Below are positions 53,523 through 64,000 of a DNA stretch of 64,000 bases, piece after piece. Each line of letters starts with the position of its first letter. Within the stretch, counting starts at the first letter, position 1. The notes beneath the pieces are model-generated. The model did no database searches and was not told the DNA's origin. It saw nothing but the letters and a program-made list of their open reading frames with translations. Origin of the DNA: Octopus sinensis (taxonomy: Eukaryota); contig NC_042999.1 of the NCBI RefSeq assembly GCF_006345805.1, positions 127,906,001-127,970,000 of the forward strand. Direction: 5' to 3'. Made by a program: the position numbers and the translations under genes.

Positions 53523-53664
53523 AGACCTTCACTCTAGAATTGTTGCAGCTTTCAAGTGCCTGAAGCTGTGGCTTGTTGAGCATAGTAGCCTGCTGTATGA
53601 TAAAGAATGTCTACATAATGTCCTCGAAGTTGTGGAGCTTGGTATTTCTGGTTCTAAATCTCAG
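53523..53664 (+). CDS. RALGAPB: RalGAP beta subunit, coding exon (phase 2-0)
   Basis: [20 protein letters not shown]...[15 protein letters not shown] resembles DLHSMIVAAFQCL...[15 protein letters not shown]. Confidence 0.96.
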
Positions 53665-54909
53665 GTAAAGTTTTACATATGCATCTTTGACTGTCTCTCT
53701 TTATTAAACAGCTACTTATACTGATACATGTATTTTTTAAGAAGTAATATGACTGTGCTATGTTCTTCAGTTTGAATCACTGCTGCTTTGGAAAAATCTT
53801 TTGATATTTATCTACAAAACAATTGGGATTTTAATATTGCTTCTTTCTAGGGCAGTGGAATGGTACAATCAGCAGAGTGGCAGATAAAATAATGCCTTAC
53901 AATCTTTAGTACATCCTTTTATGTTCAAAGTTCAAATTCTGTTGTAGTGGATTTTGCATTTACTTTTCATCTTTCCAAAGTTGACAAAATAAAGTACCAT
54001 AAAGTACAGAGGTTTATATATTCAAACCTACCCTTTCCTCAAAATGTGTGGCTTTGTGCCTATACTAGAAATCACTAATACTTCTTTTCTAATGAATTAG
54101 TTGTTTATTGATGTCAACATTGTAAAGCAAAACAAATTCTTTAAACATTTGCATTACGTTCTTATTGTTTTTACTTATTTTTTCCTTATTTGTTAAAACA
54201 TTTTTTTTTATTGTTGATCCTCAAAACTAAACTCTGAGGGCTTATACTAATATTTTTATTTCTGTTACTGAACTGTAACATCGTATAGGTAATTTAGTAT
54301 TTTCCAATCAATGTAATTTTACTGCTGAGCAATATAGCGAATATATAGTAAATATTAGTGGAGTTAAAAACTGAAGACAAATTGTTGGATATTTGACTTC
54401 CTGTTCAGTCATTCTTACATCAAAAAGGACACTTCATTTGAAATGCATCACTTAACTATGAGAAATAGACAGCAGAGGCTGGTAGTTCATTTCTCATCCA
54501 TTTAACATGACTGAAGACACATGAGTGGAACATGGCCTTCCAACCCATCTGGGGTAACTCCAAATATGAACTACTTCTATCACCAGTATGGAAAACATAG
54601 AATAAAGATGATGATGACATTGATTCCAGCCTTCTTGTGACCACTTTTGGTTCTGTGTTACAAAATTGTCTATTTTAAAGTGTTTATATTTAAACTAAAA
54701 CTTAACCTTGTAATTTTATGTAAGAAGCTATATTCCAAACACCAGCTTAATAAAGAATAATTTACTTACTTTATTTTACTAAACCTTTCCAAATCGTTGA
54801 TTTCAAAATTGAAGGAAACAGACAAGCAATGTGCTCTTTTTGAAATGACTTACAAATTGGTTCTATGTGTTTCTGTGGTTTGTGAAGGCATTTATCATTC
54901 TTTTTCCTT

Positions 54910-54947
<38 letters not shown>

Positions 54948-55688
54948 ATATCTGAGTGGTTGATCAGCTAGATAACAAAGTCATAATCTTTAATCAACAC
55001 TCTCAAAAATGATTGCACAGGACATAATACTCATATTATTTTATTTTCTTTCATTTAGCCTGCTAATACTTGGGTATAACTGTAACCACCCATTTTAGTT
55101 GTTGGGATTAAAGCTTGAATGTCTGTAAAATGATAGCTGTAAATAGAATATGGGCAGAGAGGGAATTCCAGAGGTTTGTAGTTCTTGGAAGAACTGATTA
55201 AGTATGCAGTATGGGTTTTGGTGACAAGGATGAGACACAGTAAGGAGATTTCATGATAAACTTCTTTATCAGCTTTAAAATGGGAGCAGCCTGTTTTAAC
55301 TTCTCCCTAAACATATTTTTTTACTTTTGCGTTCCAATTATCAATTATTCTTGCTGTTGTAGCTTATATTGTATTTAGATGAAATCTCCATTTCTGGAAA
55401 GCCTTCAACCAATGAAGCAGCTTTAGAACCTGTAAGTATGGAGTGCTGCTGTCAATAATAACATTGCTTCAACCAAACCTGTTCTTCTGTTCAACCCTGT
55501 TTACAAATTGTGTTACGGTTTTTTCTTTTTTTTTCTTCTTCATTGAGTTAAAAATGCACCCAACCTCACTTTCACTTTACCTTTTTTTTCATTTTATTAA
55601 TTCTGTTTTTGTTTCTTTTGTTTTTATTATTCCATTTCAAAAAACATATCATCATCACCTGTGTTTGTATTTCATTATTGAATTTCAG

Positions 55689-55760
55689 GATAAAGAGGAT
55701 GACTCACAGACAGTAAAAAGTAAAGTAGAGAAGGAGTCCAAATCTTCTTCGGCACTGAAG
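55689..55760 (+). CDS. Possible next RALGAPB exon (phase 0-0), unconfirmed
   Basis: atttcag|DKEDDSQTVKSKVEKESKSSSALK|gtagtc; purine-rich, loosely like VKYKGDKEPNPASMR, but the donor is weak. Confidence 0.3.
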
Positions 55761-57918
55761 GTAGTCTCAGCTGGTTTTCTTGACACTGATTCTCAATTTC
55801 CAGCTATTTTACTACGCCTGCACTTTTTATAACAATCTACGTCTATATGTGTGCCTGTAATTTGTAAATATGTGTACAGAAGATGGTGTAACTACATACA
55901 CATATTCTCTTGTATAATTACATGCACATACATTCACACACTCATCTACAAATAGGCAGTTTTAGATTTTGTGTTAGATATTATTATAAATAAGTGTGCT
56001 TTTCTACAATTTTGGTCAACCGGTCTTTGCTTACTTACAACAGTTCTGTTTCTAATCTTTTATCGCAACCCTTTCCTACATGGTGTTTATGATTTTCAGA
56101 TGTTGGTTTTAGTAATAGATGAAAGACCTTCATGAAATATTTGATGTTTTCATTTCAAAGAAACAAAACAATAACAACAATCTTTTCATTTGTTTCCATA
56201 CCATATTCATTTTGTAATTTTTTGTTTCTCTCCATATAAGCTTCCTGTATATGATAGGATATACCATATTTTAGGTGTAGATTTATATTTTTAGAGACTA
56301 CTGTATACAGATGTCAGTCATTTGTTTTCTTTAAAATTACTTTCATTTCACCTTTCAAACTCATAATACACTTCAAAAATTGGAAACAAATAATGATAAT
56401 TTTTATTTAGACTTCCAATATATTGGAAACTATTACCTAATTATACTGATGTGATAGATAGAGAAAGCAATATTACCAACAATTTTTTGCAGTTTAATAT
56501 TGCTAGGTTGTTACATAGCTTCCTGCTAGTATTTAGATGCTTTTCTCTAATCGCTTTCTATTTAAAATATAAGCCTATCTTGCTATTTATTGCTTAACTT
56601 CAATATTTCCAGTTTTATTTGACAGCTGTTGAAATATTGAATTAGATGATAGCTTTGCAGTGAATGAAATCACCATAGCAGTAATATATTGCTGTTCTAG
56701 AAGTAACCAAACATGGTAATAAAAGTATATAAAGTATTTAACAGAGTCCCAAGCATGCAGCTGGCATAATATCCAGAATTACTTTATCTATGCACAAACA
56801 CACAAAACAATGGGCATTGTTTTTCAGCTCATAAAGAAAAGATAGAGGGTGAAACTAAAATTTATTTTAAAGTATGCTGAAGTGAAGTTCCAGCTAATAT
56901 TAGAGACATAATATTTTTGAACATTTACAAGGGCAGGTTTCATAAAATATAATAGGTCTATATTTCCTTCACTCAATGATGAAGAAAACTGAATATGAGA
57001 GTAGCAACAGAAAATATACTGTAGATCTATATATTAGCTCATATTACAACCAAAATCATATAATAAATATGTGTATAGGTGTATGTGTGTACTTGTGTAT
57101 ATATTTAGTCGTGTATTATTTTTCTAATTTTGAAGATATTTTAAATTAGGAACTGAGGCTTTTTAAAAAAATTTTTCAAGATAGTTGATAACATAATTTA
57201 TCTGGGTTGATATCTCTTAAAAGAAATTAACTATGTCATGTTATTGGAAACTTAAAAGGTTCAGCAATCTACAATCATTATTCTGCTTGTCATAACATAT
57301 GTTATGCTTTAAACAACTTCAACTGCAGAAGCAATCAAAGACATAACTCAAATTTTTATATAATGAAACATTTTAATGAAAATGATAAATTCATGAATCA
57401 GAATAGAATTTAAAAATACTTATAAAACTTATAATTGCCATGGGCCCTGCTAGTTTGTATAATTGCATAAAATTTCCACCCTATAGGTTTCACATTCATT
57501 ATTGTATGTATATTACCACACCAAGTTGTCTAGAGAATCTGCTTGTTGTCTCTACTGTGTTGTTATATACACATAATATCATCTTTAACACTCTCTTTTT
57601 TTTTTGTACCAGTGTTTGTGCATAATTTTAAATTGTTGTGTTCTGACTAAGAAATTTATTGCTTTCCAACTAATAATTTTGCATGCTTTCTTGATGTCTG
57701 TAAAGATATCCTTTCTTTGAGTCACAATGTTTTACAAAACATCCCTCAGATGACAAAGCTGAAGGGAACACATTCGAACATGAACACAAACGTTGCTACA
57801 ATTGAACTAATTCTTTTTAAAGCACCTTGTACAAGAGATAATTTACTTCACAGCTTTACAAGCATCTAAAAAAAGAAGGAAAAGAAAAATGAATTGATGC
57901 ATGCCATCAAAACATTTT

Positions 57919-57990
57919 CCCCCAATGTGTGTGTGTGTGATGAAAGTTAGCACAACCACTGGCGCCAGTGGTTGTGCTAACTTTCATTGG
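57919..57990. repeat. Spacer-less 48-bp perfect palindrome (57940-57987) between 9-bp direct repeats
   Basis: atgaaagttagcacaaccactggc|gccagtggttgtgctaactttcat, with aaacatttt at 57910-57918 and 57991-57999. Confidence 0.9.
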
Positions 57991-58083
57991 AAACATTTTT
58001 TATGTGGCTGAAACCCAGCGGATCTATTTTTAGTGCTAGAGTAGACCACATGGTGGTTACTCTCTTATATTTATATATATATA

Positions 58084-58137
<54 letters not shown>

Positions 58138-58243
58138 ATGTACATATATACCATATTTTAGGAGGTTTTTTCCCTCTTCAACAGCACCCATCTATATATG
58201 TGTGTGTATATAAAATGTGTATATATATGTGTGTGTATGCATG

Positions 58244-58274
<31 letters not shown>

Positions 58275-58635
58275 ATATATATGCATACGTATGTGTGTGT
58301 ATTTCATCATCATTATCGATGATGATGATGATGTGTGTGTGTATATATATATATATGTAAACATTCTTGATTGCACATACATAGTGTATATGTTTTGATA
58401 TTCACTAATTTCACTGTGGGATAGCATCTAGGAAGAGACTCCCTAGTATGCTGGGTGTTAAAATACCTGAAAGTCATAGACTAGGTGAGACAATTCATCT
58501 CAGATCGAATCAAGAATGATGGATATCAATATTTTGCTATTATTGTGGCTTATCAATACCATGCACTTAGTTTGAATCATATATGTACATGTATATGTGC
58601 ATATGAGTGTGTGTATATATATCTGTATATGTATG

Positions 58636-59264
58636 TATGAGGGGAAGTCAAAAATTATCTGCACTTTCGCCATATCTTTATTATTGTCACACTGCCTTCT
58701 GCATATTTGTATTTATAGTTGGTGCTATTGTGGTCACACCATTTTTCTTTCTGGCTTTACAGTGTAAGCATGGCCACTCCACTAGCAATGTGTACCAAAG
58801 AAAGGCAAAGAGCAGTGATCCAAGAGATGGTAATGGTGAACCGGTTCACCATTACCAGCTCTCAAACTTGCTGAATTTTCTTTTCACTGGTGGAGGTTGA
58901 TGGGCGTCCTGTCCCCTCTTAATGCATCACACTTGTCCAGTCACTTTTAAACTTCTTGATCCACCACACAGTAGTGCACTATCCCTTTATTGTACTAAAA
59001 GCCTCCGATTAATTTCAGCACCTGACACACCTTTTGACCAGAGAAATCGGATCACTGCTCTTTGTTTTTCTTTGGTGCACATTGCTAGTGGAGCAACCAT
59101 ACTTATGCTGTAAAGCCAGAAAGAAAAATGGAACAATCTGGCTAAAACTTTGATCACATGACTGCAATAGTACCAACTATAAGCACTCATGCACAGACGA
59201 CATTGTGACAATAGTAAAGATACATTATGGTGAAAGGGCAGATAATTTTTTACCTTCCCTTGTA
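58636..59264. mobile_element. Mariner-derived fold-back element made of two inverted 5' ends
   Basis: TA-flanked TIRs. The plus arm encodes MATPLAMCTKERQRAVI and the minus arm MVAPLAMCTKEKQRAVIRFLWSKGVSGAEI. A 30-bp perfect palindrome lies at 58828-58857. Confidence 0.85.
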
Positions 59265-59508
59265 CATGTGTTTGTGAGTATATGTCTATATATGTATGTG
59301 TAGGTGGGTGTACGGCTGCATGTGTAGGTGGGTGTACGGAAACTTGCTTCCCATCCTCATAGTTTTGGGTTCAATCCTACTGCACGGTACCTTGGGCAAG
59401 TATCTTCTACAATCACTTTGGGCAGACCAAAGCCTTTTAAGTGGACTTGATTGATGGAAACTGAAAGAAACCTGCTGTGTGTGAGTGTATGTGTTTTTAT
59501 ATGTGTAC

Positions 59509-59539
<31 letters not shown>

Positions 59540-59540
<1 letters not shown>

Positions 59541-60438
59541 CTGAAGTTTGATAAATAAGTATCCGGACTGTTACCATAGTAACAAAGCTAAAGCACACAG
59601 AGTGAAACCGCTTGGCAAAGATTGACCTTGAACTCTGCTGTGCATGTGCACTAAGTTTTAACATTCTAGCTCACTTCCACTGTTTACAGCAGTACTTGGA
59701 AGGAAGGTGTGTTGCATGTGAATATCGCATTGGCCATGACAAAGAAAGCTGTCATGGTGATACCTGCTCAGAGGCCTACGCAAAGTTGCAGAAAGTGTAT
59801 GGAGACGAGTGTATTAACTGTGCGCAAGTGTACGAGTGGTTCAGATGTTTCCAAAATGGCTGAAAAAATGTCAATATTGACAAATGTTCTGGGAGACCTG
59901 CAACCAGCAGAACTGAGAAAAATGCCGCAGATGTGCATGCAGCTGTGAGGGGAAATTGTCTAATCACCATCCATGAGTTATCAGAGTATGTGCAGATTAG
60001 TTATGGTTCAGTTCAGTCCATTATCACTGAAGATTTGCATATGAGACATGTGTCTGCCAAGTTTGTGCCAAAACTGCTTTTAGCTGACCAAAAAGACACT
60101 CGGGTTTCAGTTGCACAAGATCTCCTTGATTATGTTGAGAATGATGAAAACTTTTTGAAAACTTTGCATAAGCCTCTAGGCAGATATCGCCAAGCTTTTG
60201 GCAACATTTGATGCAGATTCTCTGCTCAACTTTCTCTGTCATGGTCAATGCAATGATCACACGCTACACACCTTCCTTCCAAGTACTGCTGTAAACAGCA
60301 GAAATGAGCTAGAACATTAAAACTTAGTGTGCATGCACAACAGAGTTCAAGGTCAGTCTGTGCCAAGCGGCTTCACTTTGCATGCTTTAGCTTTGTTACT
60401 ATGGCAACAATCCGGATACTTATTGATCAGACCACGTA
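59540..60438. mobile_element. Second mariner-derived element (different family) with two inverted 5' ends
   Basis: The plus strand encodes the transposase N-terminus up to ...VSAKFVPKLL...NDENFLKT. It is joined to the minus-strand MTEKVEQRICIKCCQKLGDICLEAYAK plus 5' UTR/TIR. Arms are 59540-59787 and 60160-60438. Confidence 0.88.
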
Positions 60439-60698
60439 TGTACATATATATATATATATGCAGTTATGTATATCTGCATGTTTGTGTCTCCTTATCTTGG
60501 TGTTGCATGATAGTTGTAAATGAGTGTCACTGTCATACAAGCAGTGTAATTCAATACTCTGGAAAATATGTCTGGCTATGGGGAAATGTCACCTTATTTA
60601 GAAGCAGGTGGTAGTTGGTGAAAGGAAGGGCTTGTGGCCATAGAAAATCAGCCTCAATAAATTCCATCTGACCCATGCGTGGAAAAGTGGATGTTAGA

Positions 60699-60734
<36 letters not shown>

Positions 60735-61333
60735 CCGGCGACGGTGGTGCATGTGTGTGTGTGTAACCATAAGTACTTATATAAAAAAATTGTGATCCTG
60801 TGCTGAAGCTAGAAATCATTATTGCTTGTTACCCTGTAAGATTATATTTTTATATGAAAATAAACTGAAAATATGAAAGATGAGGAACATTTCCAATCAA
60901 TTTGGATGTTATTATTGACTAGAAGCCCCCCTTGCAGCCTCATGGTTCTAGGTTAGATACCACTATGCACCAGCTTGGGCAAATGTCTTCTGCTGTGATT
61001 TTAGTTTGCCTAAGGCCTTGTGAGTGGAGTTTGGGCAGTGGAAGCTGTGCAGAAATTCACCATGTGTGTCATCATCATCATGATCAGCTCATTTTACATC
61101 GACTTTCCATGTTGGTATGGGTTGAATCGGTCATTATAGTCCAAGTGCGTTCATTTTCAGAGTTACTGCACTTTTAGATGGGCTAGAGGACCATATCACA
61201 CTCAGACATTCTATTCTGGCATGGTTTCTAAAGCTGGATGCCTTTCCTAACACCATTCACTTTCCAGCATGAACTTTGTGTATTTTGTCGTGTCACCAGC
61301 ACTAAAGTGGTTGTCATGTGCTTGACAAGACAT

Positions 61334-61370
<37 letters not shown>

Positions 61371-61502
61371 AAAATAATGAAGGTAGGGAGTATTGAATAC
61401 AGCTAAACCCAGTGCAGTCCCTTGTTACACAGGTGTCTTGATGAAAAGAATAAAGAGTAATGATAGAGTGTAAAAGTGTAAAGGGATTCAATATGGAAGG
61501 GC

Positions 61503-61893
61503 ATTGAATATGGTGCTGCTTGCTTGATGGGGCTGGGATCATCCCAGGTTGGTGGTCACAGAGATGTCATCATATGTAGAGCTGACCAGGTCCACCAGTG
61601 CTCTCCTTTGCTGGTGGTCTTGTGCCAGCTCCTCTGCATCCTCCAAGGTGAAGTTGAGCCTCTGGAGATCTTTCTTAATTACATCCATCCTGAAAAAGCT
61701 TAACAACCACAAAGCCTCTGGAATCTGCATTATCAATCATGTATGGGTGTCAGAGCAACTACCAAATGACTGGACCAGGAGCATCATCCTCCCCATATGG
61801 AAACAGAGGGACAACAAATTTGTCTGCAGCAACCACAGGGGTATCACTTTCCTCTCCATCCCAGGCAAGCTCTTCACCAGGATTGAATATGGT
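61503..61893 (-). mobile_element. RTE-type LINE insertion with 5' inversion, flanked by a 12-bp TSD
   Basis: attgaatatggt at 61503-61514 and 61882-61893. Minus-strand C-terminus (RMDVIKKDLQRLNFTLEDAEELAQD...) with an AAGC-type tail; plus-strand RT N-part (LPNDWTRSIILPIWKQ...SNHRGITFLSIPGKLFTRI). Confidence 0.8.
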
Positions 61894-64000
61894 CAGAGCA
61901 AATAATTTCCCACATTACTCAGGCATCATATTACAATGAATAGGCAAGTGAGTGATACATGAGAAGGTAATGAAGAAGCAAATGTATGGAAAATTAACCT
62001 CTTTCAGCAGTGTCATTTGAAACAGCTATTTTGCCATGTCTGCATATATAGTATACATGAATATGTATGCATTTGTATATCTTTCACTGAAGTATATTGC
62101 ATAAGATGTAGACATCAGTGAGAAAAACATAAACCGGTGCTTTCAAATGAAAATAGCCTGTGGTATTTGTTCCACCCAAGTGGAACAGATAATCTCTTGT
62201 CACTGTTGTTCTTAGTAATGCAGCAAGCAAGTAGTTGCCTCTCTAGAAGCCTGTAACCAATGATGCTGTTGCAACTTAACATTATAGAAATTTATCACTT
62301 TTACTGATCAGTAAAAGTAATATAAAAGTGACAATTTCTATAGTGTTTCAGTTGGTCCTGTCATCAGCTCATGTCTTATCTAATTACTATAATCAAGTAA
62401 TTAAGGGATCTCTTTCTTCATTCTGCAGCATCTTTGGCTCTTATTGAATGAATTAGGATACTGCAAGCCAATGAAGGATCATCTACACAATCACTCAACC
62501 TGTTAGAAACAAAAGTCAAGTCTCCTTCAAATCATACATGGCAACAACGGTGGCTAATTGCAAAAGCTTTCAACTATTATTATTAAATGGGATAATGGTG
62601 GTGGTATTTCTTTCTTCTTTTTTTTTACCTTTTAATCTTTTCCCTGTATAAAATAAAAGAATAATTAAATTTGTAATTTTATTTTACCATTAAATAAAGC
62701 ACTTTTATTTTCAGTTAATTTAATCTGACCAGCAAGTTCTTTCCCCACCTTCCTTTGATCTTTTATCTTTCATAACATGTCCAACCATTTAATTTGAACA
62801 AAGTATGATGTATTGTTTTTATGCATTGTTTTGGATATGACTGTTTTTCTGTTTGGTAATGTTTGTTACTTTTCATTTGCTCTGTGGCACTAACTAATTT
62901 TATAGCCTGTGCTGTTTGAAATACCGTTTTTATGTTGATATTGAAATATTATGCTTAAATGTATGCTACTACAATATGGAGTAATCTTTTACAAAAATAC
63001 ATATATAAATATATCAAATAGGTGCTTCTCATGCATGCTAAATTCTAAGATTAAGTAATTAGTTATTCAGTAATATTATGTAGTCAGTTTAATATCAGTG
63101 AAGATGAGATGACTAAGTGGATAACATATAAAGACTGTCTATTCATAAGTCATGCATTCAGATCCAATTTCATTTTGTTTCTGGAGAGAATACCTTATTC
63201 TACAAATCTCAGATCATTAAGCTGTTGCGAAGTTTTAGAAAAATCATCCTAGAAAATACTTATGATATACTGTTGTTTCTTCATCTACTTAATGCCTTGA
63301 AATTGGAACTACACACTACTGACATTAATATTTGCTTTGAATTAATATTATATTTATGTCACTCTTTTATAAGTGAGTTTTTTTTTTCCTATCTAAGGGA
63401 ATATAATTCCTATTTTTAAGGAAAGAATTCATAACAATTTGGTTACAAAAGAAATAAAATATTGTTGAAAAAAGATTAATATATTTTGACAAAAGCAAAG
63501 AAAGGTTTCAGGGTGGAATTTTTGTATTATAATTTTACTTCAATTTAGTAGTACTGAAGAATTAAGATTTTTGTTTTTTAAATCTCAAAGTAATTTCTAT
63601 ATTGAAGATATATCACCCAATAAATTGAAGTGGCCATCTAGAACAAATTCTAATTTTATATTTATTAAAGCTGAACATGTCTCTAAATTCTCCATTTAAA
63701 TCTCTCAGAGATTGGAATGTATTCTGGGTAAGCAATATATCTATACGCATGTGTTCATGTACACGCACACACATGCACATGGACCACAGAAACAGAAATG
63801 CCTTGTTATGTGGAAACTATCACTGTGTTAGTGCCTGGTTCTTGCCCGATTGTAAATAGTTAGAAAGACTATATATTCCAGGATTTGACTGGTCTTCACA
63901 CTCTGTTGTTGAATTTGTACTAACTTCACACAAGTGTTTCTATTACAATATTATTGTTTTATAACTGAATATCCTGTTCCAGAAATTATGCATATAAGAG

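Overview
AT-rich, microsatellite-dense animal genomic DNA. The repeat families look like those of Octopus/coleoid cephalopods (recognised from memory, not by database search). The window is the middle of one large plus-strand gene, RALGAPB (Ral GTPase-activating protein beta subunit). Thirteen GT-AG exons from 25334 to 53664 splice in consistent phase into 2114 nt (704 codons plus 2 nt) with clear similarity to RalGAPB. The N-terminal exons were not found (probably upstream), and the exons after ...GISGSKSQ could not be identified with confidence. The introns are filled with decayed mobile DNA: tRNA-type SINEs, LINE fragments (RLE/R4-like, RTE, CR1/L2, Penelope-like), Tc1/mariner relics and MITEs. 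There are no prokaryotic features, CRISPR arrays, or rRNA/tRNA genes, and nearly all ORF-track entries are microsatellite or repeat artefacts. The best leads are: (1) three clustered genomic A's in one exon where A-to-I editing would restore the conserved residues; (2) a candidate 21-nt microexon that resembles the start of the next exon; (3) a TSD-flanked RTE LINE insertion with a 5' inversion (twin-priming geometry); (4) two adjacent mariner elements each built from two inverted 5' ends, plus several other long fold-backs that would form dsRNA in the pre-mRNA; (5) hammerhead-like motifs, a 5-copy SINE train and a minisatellite with a 228-bp higher-order repeat. No complete novel system is demonstrated; these are testable leads.
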